Below are positions 12,401 to 19,762 of a stretch of 63,839 nucleotides of DNA, in pieces. The notes under the pieces are model-generated. The model searched no databases and was not told the DNA's origin. It was given only the letters and a program-made list of their open reading frames with translations. This DNA is from a virus (taxonomy: Duplodnaviria; Caudoviricetes), in IMG/VR virus record IMGVR_UViG_3300022752_000068, positions 1 to 63,839 of that record, one strand, 5' to 3'. The stretch's first letter is position 1, and every line of letters starts with the position of its first letter. A program made the position numbers and the translations under genes.

Positions 12401-13571
12401 GCTGTGGTTTTGCCTGCGGTTTCTGTTTAGGCTGTGGCTTTTGTTGGGTCTTAGCTTGCTCTCTTGCCTTTGCCACTGCTGCCGCAACCGCACCCTTACC
12501 CATGCCGTATGCTGAACCCGCAAGTTCTGCTGGTGCTGCGCCAATCTCGCCGTACATACTCAACAAAGCATCGCCGTAATCTATTTCACCAGTAGCGGCT
12601 AATGAACCCGCTGCTTCACCTAAGCCAGCAGAACCAACCTCGATGCCGTAACCCGCAACAGGTCGTGCCACACTGTCTACTGCCTTCTGTCCAAATGTGC
12701 GCTTGGACAGTATGTCCTTTGTTTTGGCTTCAATTGCTTCCTTGGTTGCGCCTTTGCCTAGTTCTTTGGCGGCTTGTTTGGTTGCTTCTTGTAATGGCTT
12801 GGTGACTACTTTTGCGCCAACCATTGAACCCGCACCCTCAACTGCCGCCGATGTTATGGCTTTTGTTTTTGCCTCGCTTAAAGCTCTGTCAATAAACTTT
12901 TTGTCGCTGGCAAGTTTTGCAATGTCCTCTTTGCTCTCGGATAATCCCCTTGCAGCCAACTCTTGTCTAACTCGATTGGCAAACTCTGGCCCTATGCCCG
13001 CCGCAGAATAGCCCGCTGTTGCACCAGTGTATCCGCCTACAAGCGTTCCAATACCAGGGGTTCCAACCGCAGTACCCGCAGCACCGCCAGCAAAGGTTCC
13101 AGCCAATCCCGCACCAATACCAGTGAGCGTACCTGCCGCACCACTAGCCCCTAATTGGATTGCCGCTTTAGGATTTTCATACAGTTCTTTACCAAGCGCA
13201 CCCAAAAAGCCAGGTAACTCTTTTGCCGACTCAACAAAGCCTTTTGCTTCACCAAATTTTTTCCCTGCTTTGGCAAGCCTTTCCTCAGCCTGCTTCATCT
13301 GGGGCGTTTGAGTTGTCGGCAGTTTGTAATACTCGGCTAATGCTTCAGGGTCAACCTCGCCTTTTAATACGTCATAACTTAACCCAATCTCAGGCCCGAC
13401 CTTCTTAAAACTCTCGCCCGCAAGTGTGCCTAGCGTACCAATCTCTTTGCCGACCTTGCTTAGGAATCCCTCTTCTTTTGGTGGCTCGAAAGATTCTTCT
13501 TTGACTGGGTAAAACTTTAGCTTTGGCTCTGAAGGTGCTTCGGTTTGCTGTGAGATTGGATAAAATTTCAT
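3441..13571 (-). CDS. Giant internal virion / DNA-ejection polyvalent protein (ParB-like, N6-adenine MTase, L,D-transpeptidase, metallopeptidase, ART-like, LPD38-like C-terminus)
   Basis: 3376 aa; last gene of the structural operon; motifs ASGRHRHDAA, FFPTP/LEPSAGNG/NPPF, FHSVW...SFGCINV, YHEAFGH...EEYLA, FGDSKVVD..GRPLVVYHGT. Confidence 0.85.
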   Translation of the reverse strand: MKFYPISQQTEAPSEPKLKFYPVKEESFEPPKEEGFLSKVGKEIGTLGTLAGESFKKVGPEIGLSYDVLKGEVDPEALAEYYKLPTTQTPQMKQAEERLAKAGKKFGEAKGFVESAKELPGFLGALGKELYENPKAAIQLGASGAAGTLTGIGAGLAGTFAGGAAGTAVGTPGIGTLVGGYTGATAGYSAAGIGPEFANRVRQELAARGLSESKEDIAKLASDKKFIDRALSEAKTKAITSAAVEGAGSMVGAKVVTKPLQEATKQAAKELGKGATKEAIEAKTKDILSKRTFGQKAVDSVARPVAGYGIEVGSAGLGEAAGSLAATGEIDYGDALLSMYGEIGAAPAELAGSAYGMGKGAVAAAVAKAREQAKTQQKPQPKQKPQAKPQQTRVEPTFDGTYATEDTQEPIFAPGAENDVDVQVPEEPIFPTPEKAVEPEVTPTVEPSVEPTVQPTVEATKEEPAPQNGEPDFPIVMVNVADIKQSNELLPQFKMGANEKGIVNPIKAPFTQEGVGPIALWERTNGDLYLASGRHRHDAAVRSGTEKIAAQIYKEADGYTQMDMAIKDAELNIRDDQGEIKDYVNYFKQSGIDEETAKSKGLLARNKGQRGFTIANSATDALIDSINGGQINDEAAYTIATTAPNNEALQNLGLNEVINRGKSAQSAGNLMQAAKVIAREQGVTQLDMFGFDDSGVKEAREMEKIVHRKQREIQTRLSAITGASRNPAVARAEGIDLKDENAIKARIAELKQAKEDWVNWSTNPALVDIVRQERGVPPPYLKPVAAEEEVPTEPTVPSDQQPDMFGLASQTPEEAAAEQERKEKEAQAAAEAEKARLAKEKADKAAAGFVLTGSDSPADIAIAHGQQELVGSDATITPTVKSAEDIPSPDFKQGKTPANVAQYYEGIANQIKELADAKDAQGLQDLKANAELKSNGKPGAAWQGKSANSKLLLDYYNKQLAALGVKVPTGKPPQPVIGAKYLAERQVNAATRFIDAVVEQFGLTQEQAKRAMNTLLKEKVLKLDPIIGQFNLKDGRFWNRDVILRASEEVPTEEGTVDTTKTKENAEKLRQAGEKLIADSEEDLNRDRLANTSRRATMAGIAENRLREAIRIGKTMIALADAMGNGELKLLNGITSKAAVEELDMRVKIAVAEADRNVDYADRNKDRKAEPKDISYAQYPKGFWSDWFTLEKVHKAVEGKRGSVAFRDKYRYETQLPSPEMYADIQKVIGKDAAKELFFNLTDRFASIRRLEKAGITESNFKDALVEFLKYRGGETKRDPIKEAERALVGQKVGFDFFPTPPEVAKQMVEMAGITDGMKVLEPSAGNGNLADAAKAAGADVDVVEVSSALRNILELKGYNLVANDFETFETDEKYDVVLMNPPFSDRKDAEHIQRAWNMLKPGGKLVAIAGEGVFFGSDKKAQEFRQWLDDNGADVEKLPANTFKGANLPAQTGANARLITLKKPETAAKVKPARLTKEPIIIDVEAVLIDDNVALLPNNQILTLENHYGNKRKTADFVQKVKEDIVRFANEGAEAVAEAIRDIIRKLHAGVLSIAVIINPTNITPPEFVFHPSYTYTTEEQVFADVPATAARRMSPSAQQSYKVLYPSIKDRLIKDNKFMVIADKPSARVFVFRPDGSLLLDKKSLFGLTKGDFYKGNAKLPQNRITPAGYFTMGLRDATRSPSEARTAGEYDFKKVFVLDKALGGKASVTLFHSVWLGETDADARARALENEDATDSRYSFGCINVDKKTYSMLVDKHLQQMDGAALFIIPDDPENLAAMLSGKQVNGDELTRTEFKPATKQVTKIAPAQSAIDNELQEEVLADRRRPLYRKDESKGAQVKGLDDAIVKSIAGWENAPDVVLADNMDDARIPQEVRDDFNATKEVGDPDPKGFYFKGTVYVLRSRAESINDALTTLYHEAFGHAALRREFGKGLKPILEDVIKYFRKDVMAIYDDYTSKANQKPESELKFEDLREAAEEYLARLAETRPNLPVIRRLVAYVRSFLRKIGFNVNLTNDEIIAKFIIPARNAMIGRGKDTAQDGDIRYSKEGKVGTESGATGFIEVDGVQRPIANSSGQRIHQTDEGLRNFWRWFGDSKVVDDQGRPLVVYHGTKSKFTVFDTTRGIGSWFTADRQGASLFGDAISVYLKIKNPGTLADLAAARRVAAAAFDPMAQAHEFNAAVIADMERRGFDGVNDTRFAGAGGDGAAVFVAFHPEKIKSATGNIGTYDADNPDIRYSKGKKESENLPAEYYTPVTPTSEYKEEPPTDKQAVKDDEALLEKYARPDTPLTDNKTIKEFAFEVYDDIKETLKEVLKSPREAVKDMGNNVTDLAIGGRTTFVFSGAGVEARDMAKYGGLLEDSEGLAVASIAIDQATRSGNIAVEVIKRGGISYNKEAKMFQAVRTGYSMVNVYKEEGKLRKKLGRQLAANIINGYFEGRRSIDIMEAYEARDVMRQDAEQMLAAARSTEDYQTRANITKQIISHLKSYQKGLKDANGNPQLIADIDERIEQLTAAAEAMEKKVVDENTINKLRKMVEDARKLVENIMPAVRSITMLPEEMQEFAALDKRHPELKVMADNWRGVNRNIVRFWYSIGKLTQEAYRNYMAMDSYVPWNRIMEEGDEFASASETTTRTLTNIPSIKKFKKGRPERKTIIRVTKKNMKTEMRDEVGVKITVDGKTSFVSLEGESQRERVLEDGETPTIQSNTLKTIPTSGLRVFVNGVQLEQDQYSIDPQGNLNIKAGIKIGDTITLIANREINNIVDNMTRSVMRMTINGLRHYAATRIVGEYATRLNDKQISKENALIIFRDDVPKTERGKIATFDKPDKALNRFTYIHMGVPKVVEIQDPWVAAAIYGLADNDPKGWAQAIKASQSIGNFIRRSVTLTLAFQLKQVFLDAPSASFITGVQKPMALMRKAWASLGKAMNTNNPTTDLLKSFGYGGYYSVGQTPELEVKRQIGVINKNVGNIVASGLDYLSDTADMPQRIATFERIMDETGDMTRALYMSGYVFNPLRRGTSGFAQTLHKLVPFLSAYINSTDTLIRTLVGSGLKGISRKQALKRVSQAFAMLALLNIAYVFLAMQSDDYEELDDETKLKHYILPSGIKLPANNPVLVLTKQLPEILINQIFKDATENEWDAERLKKAYGKAFLSAIFAPPTPVPAGAKEALEVTLNRSFHTNRAITPEYLQDLPTEMQFTAYTSELGKLIGQTGLIAPTTADHLTRAIFGSTGATAQWAANSIVALQGKRPTPELKEAPIIGPFIRKDVGRGKEQLFYDLKADVDAASTAVKRAKDAGLRDEARKYAKEYRKLLIVEPKVDDLSRRIKELNKKINSVSSSKTTPLSADRRREIITKLEGQKQKVLSGIATLRRKAYSE
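6580..6592. promoter_or_regulatory. Palindromic site GTAAC-N3-GTTAC (intragenic)
   Basis: GGTAACATTGTTACC at 6579-6593. Confidence 0.6.
6848..6867 (+). repeat. 20-bp direct repeat, copy 1 (encodes DIRYSK linker)
   Basis: CTTTGCTATAGCGGATGTCA, identical to 7421-7440. Confidence 0.9.
7421..7440 (+). repeat. 20-bp direct repeat, copy 2 (encodes DIRYSK linker)
   Basis: CTTTGCTATAGCGGATGTCA, 573 bp (191 codons) from copy 1. Confidence 0.9.
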
Positions 13572-13582
13572 GTGCTTTAATC

Positions 13583-15019
13583 CTATTTGGCGTAGCCAAT
13601 TATCTTGTTGGTCTTGTCTTTTATTTCATATCCTTCGCCTTCTTTATAGCTGCCAACAATTGCTCCAGGCGGTAGACCTTCGATTGTTTTCGCTAACGGC
13701 GGCGGAGTATCGGCCTTCTTTGCGCTCGGTCTTAGTTCAGGCGGTAATGGGTTTGCTTGGTTTGCTCCTGCACCAGGCACGTTTGTGGGTGTTATGGGTT
13801 CTGCTTGGATTTCCTTGTAACCGCGTTCCATCAGATATGAAAGTTTTGCGTTATCAGCTTCATTCTGTAAACGTTGTTTTTCTTTTTTGTCATCGGTTTT
13901 ACGTGCTTGCTCCATTAAGCTATCATATTTTTCCTTTCGCGGGTCATCTAGTTCATCTTTCCAATCTTTGTGCGCATCCTTATTAGCTTTTCTCTGGTTG
14001 TCATTCTTTTCTTCTATTAATTTTTGCAGCATAATTGCCGTTGTTGTATTCGCTCTTGTATTTGCTGCTTCTGGCGCAATCATTCTCGTGTTCAGCTCAT
14101 GTTGGAAGTAGTTTTGCAACCCTTCGTTCAGCAAAACTTCTTCTGGCCTTGTATCGCCGTTTGCCTTTGCATTTTTCATGTGCGTAATTGCCGCAAACTG
14201 CGCAATGGAGTTGCCATATTGATTACGCCCCTCCATCTGTTCTAGCAGTTTCATGCCGCCTTCGACTTCTGACCTACGCAAATCACGCTGTGCTTTCTGT
14301 GATTCCGCTAATGTCTTTAGCCCTGCCATTTCTTGCCTGCGCTGTTCTGCTATGTCTGAAGCATAACCCTGTAATGCGGGTGATATACCCTCGGCTATAC
14401 CCTGCATGGCATAAGGTGACTTGTTAGCCATCATCCCCAAGCCAGCCTGCATTACCCGCATCCACTTCTGTTGCTCTTTATCTTCATCCGACATCCCTTT
14501 GGATGCCTTTTGGTAATACGCCTGTTCTTCTGGTGATAGTTGGGTTTTTGGTGGTTGGCTTAGTAAGGTTGATATTTCGTCAACACGGTTCTGTAACGAG
14601 GATATCTTTTTCTCTTTGTTGACATCTCCGCCTTCTCCAAATGCAACAATTCCACCTTTGGCAAAGTTCTGTTCCTCAAACATTCCGTCCACTGGCAACG
14701 AACCAATACCCGCCGCTGTGGGTGCTTGCTCTTGTGGCATTGGTTGGGGTTGCGGTGCTGGTTTAGGATTCTCCGCCTGCGCATTGGCTTGCATGGCTTG
14801 TTCCATAACAGTCTGTTGTGGCTGCCCTTGCATTGCCGCTTTAAGGTTTGCTACCTCTTGCGCTGTCCGTGCTTTCTCATTCAGTAACACGGGCAACAGG
14901 TATGGCGGTATCTGTCCCATCTGCGCTAAACGCACCAATTGGTCTTGAGGCAATACCGCTAAATCTTTGATGGACTGCTGGCTGTCCTTTTGCTCTCTCA
15001 GCGCGTCTAATATGCTCAT
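13583..15019 (-). CDS. Putative internal virion/ejection protein
   Basis: 478 aa, Q/A-rich coiled coil with FAKGGIVAFGEGG motif; directly upstream of the giant protein. Confidence 0.6.
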   Translation of the reverse strand: MSILDALREQKDSQQSIKDLAVLPQDQLVRLAQMGQIPPYLLPVLLNEKARTAQEVANLKAAMQGQPQQTVMEQAMQANAQAENPKPAPQPQPMPQEQAPTAAGIGSLPVDGMFEEQNFAKGGIVAFGEGGDVNKEKKISSLQNRVDEISTLLSQPPKTQLSPEEQAYYQKASKGMSDEDKEQQKWMRVMQAGLGMMANKSPYAMQGIAEGISPALQGYASDIAEQRRQEMAGLKTLAESQKAQRDLRRSEVEGGMKLLEQMEGRNQYGNSIAQFAAITHMKNAKANGDTRPEEVLLNEGLQNYFQHELNTRMIAPEAANTRANTTTAIMLQKLIEEKNDNQRKANKDAHKDWKDELDDPRKEKYDSLMEQARKTDDKKEKQRLQNEADNAKLSYLMERGYKEIQAEPITPTNVPGAGANQANPLPPELRPSAKKADTPPPLAKTIEGLPPGAIVGSYKEGEGYEIKDKTNKIIGYAK

Positions 15020-15021
15020 GG

Positions 15022-16332
15022 TTATTGTCCCGAAGTAGCTGCCCTATATCCACCGTATGCCGCCGTTAATCCACCCAATAGAGATGTTAACCCACTTGGC
15101 GGTGGTGTGGTCGTAATTGAATTTTGCATGGTGTCACTCAATGGTACACCACGAAGCAGGTTAGCCATATCAGCGATATTACTGCGCTGCCAATTGGCTT
15201 GACGTTGTGCGTCTTGATATTGGGCATCAATAACACTCTGTTTATAGTTCCTCAGCAAATCACCGTATCCTGCTCGGGCTTTTTGCAAGTCCATTTCAGT
15301 AGCAAATTGTGATTGTCCAAGTTGACCTAAGCCAGAAGCTAATGAGCCTAATCCCTGCGCCGCTTGCATCCGCTGTTGCTGCGCTTGCAAATCTGCCTGT
15401 TGATTAGCCCTCTGCGCCTCATAGCCGTACTTAAACCCAAGTTCTTGTGTGCCCATTGCTGAAGCAAGGTTCTGCCTGTTAGCTTCCTGTAATGCCGCTT
15501 GATTTAACTGTTGCGCTTGGATATTTTGACCAGAGCCTAGTTGCTGCGTATTGAGTAACGCCTGCAAATTTTGCTGTTGTGCGGTCATGTTAACCGCCCT
15601 GTCACGGTCAAACATCTGCGCTGCATTCTGATATGCCGATTCCAAACCGCGGGTTTGAATGTCGCCCAATTGTTGACCGAGCGCACGTTCACGTTCTGCC
15701 GTTGCCAATATGTTTGATGACGAACCTAAACTACCACGTTTACCTGCCGCTAGGTTGTTAGCCAGTTGAGCCTTTTGCGCATCCTGTATGGCATACCGCT
15801 TGGCAACATCCGTCACGTTTTGGGCATACGGACTCATATATTGCTGTGCGGCCTGTGAGCTAAATTGCTCAGGGGCTTGCATTTGGTACTGCGTTAACTG
15901 GGGTGCATTTACCATGGCTGCTGGTGCCATTTGGTAAGTGTTCAAGGCTTGGTTCTGAATGGGGTTGTAACTTGTGCCGCCTGCGAGACTTGCCAATCCC
16001 TGTCCGCCAAGGTTGGCAAAGTTGGTTGCCATACCGTATTGGCCAGGTACTTGCAAATCTTTCAACGCCGTACCAACGGCTTGTTGCTCTGGCGTTAATC
16101 CTGCGACTCTGCCTGCACCAAGGTAGGAATTTAATATGCCTGGTTTGCCCTCACTTCCGGTATCTCCATAAAGTTTATCAAAGGTTGTCCCCATGGAATG
16201 TTCCCAAAACATGGGAAGTAGTCCTTTTGCTGTTGCAGGCGCACCCGCCGCAGACGTAAGCCCTGCACCAGTAATCCACGGGGCTATTTCTTCAGGTATC
16301 GAGTATTGATTAATTGCTTGTTGCGTTGCCAT
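15022..16332 (-). CDS. Putative DNA ejection/pilot protein
   Basis: 436 aa, Q/A/G-rich helical, YMSPY motif, Gly-rich hydrophobic C-terminus. Confidence 0.6.
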   Translation of the reverse strand: MATQQAINQYSIPEEIAPWITGAGLTSAAGAPATAKGLLPMFWEHSMGTTFDKLYGDTGSEGKPGILNSYLGAGRVAGLTPEQQAVGTALKDLQVPGQYGMATNFANLGGQGLASLAGGTSYNPIQNQALNTYQMAPAAMVNAPQLTQYQMQAPEQFSSQAAQQYMSPYAQNVTDVAKRYAIQDAQKAQLANNLAAGKRGSLGSSSNILATAERERALGQQLGDIQTRGLESAYQNAAQMFDRDRAVNMTAQQQNLQALLNTQQLGSGQNIQAQQLNQAALQEANRQNLASAMGTQELGFKYGYEAQRANQQADLQAQQQRMQAAQGLGSLASGLGQLGQSQFATEMDLQKARAGYGDLLRNYKQSVIDAQYQDAQRQANWQRSNIADMANLLRGVPLSDTMQNSITTTPPPSGLTSLLGGLTAAYGGYRAATSGQ

Positions 16333-16342
16333 TTTGCGCTCC

Positions 16343-17254
16343 TTATGCGGGCATATATTTGGTGGGGTTTATTTCTTTACCCTGCTGCTTTGTTCCTGTC
16401 CGTGCATGACGAACCCTATCCATCATGGCGTACAACTGCTTTGCGCCAGCTTTGGTTGAGCCATTACCCAATCCCGATACAACGTCAGCGGGTATGACAA
16501 ACTCTCCATCAGCCAGTCTTGCTGGTTGTGCGCCATCTATTGTGGCGGGTACTGAATCGCTCATGCCATCACCATCGCCGTTAATCATGCGAGCCACGCC
16601 ACCCGCCTTCATGCCGTATGGGTTATGCTCGTTGTCTTGCGGTGCTTTGTTCATCAACACTTCGCCGCCCATTGCGTAGCCAGGATACTTGCTCATGGTT
16701 TCTGACGCTATACGCTTGGCTTCATCAATCCGCGCCCGTCTACGTGCATACTCCTGTTCGCCAATTCTATTCTGTGCCCGCATTTGCTCAAGGTACTTTT
16801 CCTCTTCCTCAATTGCTGCCAGTCCAGTAAAGCCTGTCAGCGTCATCGCTGCGGTGTTAGTACCAAAATTCTTACCAAACGCATCCGTAGCCAACTTGCG
16901 GGATGCTTCATCGCCTGTGGTCATGTTCTTAATGCCTTGCCATGCCGCCTGCCCTTCTGTTCTGGGTGCTGCACCCTCAACTCCTTCAGGCACGGAACCT
17001 GCACCACCACCTGCGGCTTGCAATCCTTGATATGCGCTGCTCAAGCCATAGGATGCCAAGCCCGACATGATGCCACGTTTGAGATTTGGTCTGCCACCCG
17101 ACAATCCACCGAGTGCGCCACCAATTAACCCACGACCAACAGGATTGGCAAGGCTGCCCAAGCCTACAGATTCAAACGCTGCACCTGGCACAAAAGGCAC
17201 AATGTACTGTGCGTTTTTGCCTAGGAAATTGAATAAACTTTTTATGCCTGCCAT
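16343..17254 (-). CDS. Putative internal virion protein
   Basis: GDGDGMSDSVPA...LADGEFVIPADVV motif typical of ejected virion proteins. Confidence 0.6.
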   Translation of the reverse strand: MAGIKSLFNFLGKNAQYIVPFVPGAAFESVGLGSLANPVGRGLIGGALGGLSGGRPNLKRGIMSGLASYGLSSAYQGLQAAGGGAGSVPEGVEGAAPRTEGQAAWQGIKNMTTGDEASRKLATDAFGKNFGTNTAAMTLTGFTGLAAIEEEEKYLEQMRAQNRIGEQEYARRRARIDEAKRIASETMSKYPGYAMGGEVLMNKAPQDNEHNPYGMKAGGVARMINGDGDGMSDSVPATIDGAQPARLADGEFVIPADVVSGLGNGSTKAGAKQLYAMMDRVRHARTGTKQQGKEINPTKYMPA

Positions 17255-17256
17255 AG

Positions 17257-18558
17257 TTATCTCCTTACATAGTCCGCTTGCGTCTGTAGGCGGATAAGTT
17301 GTTCTGGTGTCATTCGGCTTATATCAACCGCTTGATTCGGACTAATCTGCACTAGGTTCTGACGCAGTGAACTAATGCCCGCTGGCTGATTTGCCGTTGA
17401 CTGCATTTGTAATTGCTGTAGTGGTGCTTCTTGCCTTTGGTATCCAAAGTTCAGCGAAGGCATAACTTGCGCATCTGGTCCGCGAATGTCAGCATAACTC
17501 ACTGGCGCAAAGTCGGGCAATACGTAGTTGTATTGTTTTGGCTGGTACTGCTCTTCTACCTGTTGCGGTTGTTCTCCGCCCTGCATTGCGCCATAAGCTA
17601 ATGCGCCTAGTTGCAAAGTAGTCATAGGGTTTTCAATGGCATAGTCAAGTGCTGCCCCACCTAAATCCATTGCCCCACTGCCTGCGGCTTTTGTACCTTC
17701 CCACAGGTAATCACCAACATTACTTGCCGTTACGGGTGTTTCCGCCATTGCGCCGGTGCTAACACTGCGGTCTACTACTGGCACCTGTGCTGGTAAATTT
17801 CCATAATAATCGGGCAATGCTGTTTCTGCTCCCGCCATGTTCATCTCGTACCATGCGTCTAGTGGGTCTGCTGCGGGTGTCGCATAAGCCGTCTCAGGTG
17901 CTTGATATACGGGCACATTTTCAGGCGCAATTCCAGCATCCGCTGGTGCTTCTATCGCTCCCAATGCCTGCTCATTGGCTATTGCTTGGTCAGGTATGCC
18001 TGCCGTTGCTGCTGCGCCCGCTGCTTCACCCATTAACATTCCCTCTGCCGCTGTCGTAGAGCTAACTGCCCCCGAAGCATCAGTGAATAACCTTGAGCCA
18101 TCATCAAAGAATTGGGTCGATGAACCATCTGCGCCATAGGCAATAGTTCCTGTTTCGCCACCACCAGGTGCGCCAGAGGAACCAAAGGAGCTTGTAGCAT
18201 AAGATACGGCATAAGTTTTGGCAAACGATTCCGCACCATCCCGTAGTGCATCGCCTAAATCCTCGCCCTTGGCTAATGAGCTTACAGAAGAAATTGCACC
18301 CATAGCAGATGCCGCCTGTAATGGATTGAGAGCACTACTCATCCCCATCCATGCCGAGCCTGCACCACTTGTTGCAACCATAACCGCTGCCATGGCAATA
18401 AACTTTAGCGGGTCTTCTTCTGCTGATTTAAGTATCGGCTGCGTGATGTAGTCATCAATCGCAGAGCCAGCATCAGATATAGCGTCACCTACCCATGTAA
18501 CGGCTTGACCTACTGATTTGCCAACCCAATTACCAAGTCGCTTGAAAGGATTTCCCAT
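17257..18558 (-). CDS. Putative ejection protein (Gly/Ala-rich, acidic)
   Basis: 433 aa; amphipathic N-terminus MGNPFKRLGNWVGK; position in the ejection cluster. Confidence 0.55.
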   Translation of the reverse strand: MGNPFKRLGNWVGKSVGQAVTWVGDAISDAGSAIDDYITQPILKSAEEDPLKFIAMAAVMVATSGAGSAWMGMSSALNPLQAASAMGAISSVSSLAKGEDLGDALRDGAESFAKTYAVSYATSSFGSSGAPGGGETGTIAYGADGSSTQFFDDGSRLFTDASGAVSSTTAAEGMLMGEAAGAAATAGIPDQAIANEQALGAIEAPADAGIAPENVPVYQAPETAYATPAADPLDAWYEMNMAGAETALPDYYGNLPAQVPVVDRSVSTGAMAETPVTASNVGDYLWEGTKAAGSGAMDLGGAALDYAIENPMTTLQLGALAYGAMQGGEQPQQVEEQYQPKQYNYVLPDFAPVSYADIRGPDAQVMPSLNFGYQRQEAPLQQLQMQSTANQPAGISSLRQNLVQISPNQAVDISRMTPEQLIRLQTQADYVRR

Positions 18559-19007
18559 TATTTCACCATCCCTCTTACTGTACCTAGCTGCATGGCAACT
18601 ACGGTCACATCACCACGTTTGCCTTCACGGATGAAGAAGTTTTGCTGTGGCGGGTTTGCTTTTAATGCTCGGAATATGGCAAGGTATGCTGGTTCATCAA
18701 ACGATGTCGTAACAAAATCAAAGCCAGCACTGTAAGCCTGCTTCACATAGTTGGCCATGTTTTGCACCAAATTAGCAGGGGTATCAGCATTGAAAAATGC
18801 CATCGTTCCTTGGTTTGGCCTGTTCAACTTGGTAAAGAATAGGGTGTTGCCAAACCGTAGCGGCAATACTCCCTTTACTTTGGTGTATTGCGCCATTGCC
18901 TCTTGTACCGCCGAATCATCGACCATGATGTCCATGTTCTTCATGGCAATTGCGGCAATTTGTAATGGCTTCAGCATATTCCGTTTGCTGTCTACAAGGT
19001 TTGCCAT
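18558..19007 (-). CDS. Hypothetical phage protein
   Basis: 149-aa ORF with AGGAGG RBS, translationally coupled in the operon. Confidence 0.6.
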   Translation of the reverse strand: MANLVDSKRNMLKPLQIAAIAMKNMDIMVDDSAVQEAMAQYTKVKGVLPLRFGNTLFFTKLNRPNQGTMAFFNADTPANLVQNMANYVKQAYSAGFDFVTTSFDEPAYLAIFRALKANPPQQNFFIREGKRGDVTVVAMQLGTVRGMVK

Positions 19008-19058
19008 AGTTCCTCCTGCGTGTATTTTGCCAGTTTGCTTAAGATTTACCTAGCAAAA

Positions 19059-19760
19059 TCAAGCATTGTTTTCACCGATAAAAGTGATTGAACCTATTGC
19101 CGATGGTATTGATGGCATTGGGAATGGCGATACCTGTGCGGGTTTGTATTCCATGTATACCCCATCCACCGAAGGCGATATTCTCCTTGCCGTACTGGTT
19201 GCCCAAAACAATCCCACCGTCCGTCCTTCAGTTAGCGTTAAACACAATTCCGAGTAAGCGCATATATGGCTTGGTTCGCCCACCGATTTCCGTGCGGGCA
19301 GGAAGAACTGTGATGCCGACCTTGGCACATCTACTCCATCTATTTCAGCCCAAACCCAAACGTACTGAGCATCGTTGCTTGTATTGGCAAATTGCAGGCT
19401 ATACGTCATTTTATATACGCCACGTTTATTTGCCGTTGCCGTGCTGTTTGCGTTTAGAGTAAACCCAGAACCGCTATCCAATGCCGACCACAATACTTTG
19501 GCTTCTGTATTGTTGGCAGGCGCATATTGATTGGATTCATCCGAGGCGGCTATATGAGGGAGCGTCAATCCAGAACCATCACCCGTATAGAATCCACCCT
19601 TAAAGAAATCGGCATTAACCTCTTCCCATTGCACAGGAGTTTTTGAATCCAACTGGTTAAAGTACAACGTTAGCGCACGAATCAATTGCGCCATGTTGTC
19701 TTGGTTGTAATTTAGACTAGCCAGCGGCAATGGCGGCGCACGGAATTTGAGCATCGCCAT
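19059..19760 (-). CDS. Putative tail/virion protein
   Basis: APPLP N-terminus, beta-rich C-terminal domain; start reassigned to ATG 19760. Confidence 0.55.
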   Translation of the reverse strand: MAMLKFRAPPLPLASLNYNQDNMAQLIRALTLYFNQLDSKTPVQWEEVNADFFKGGFYTGDGSGLTLPHIAASDESNQYAPANNTEAKVLWSALDSGSGFTLNANSTATANKRGVYKMTYSLQFANTSNDAQYVWVWAEIDGVDVPRSASQFFLPARKSVGEPSHICAYSELCLTLTEGRTVGLFWATSTARRISPSVDGVYMEYKPAQVSPFPMPSIPSAIGSITFIGENNA

Positions 19761-19762
19761 GG

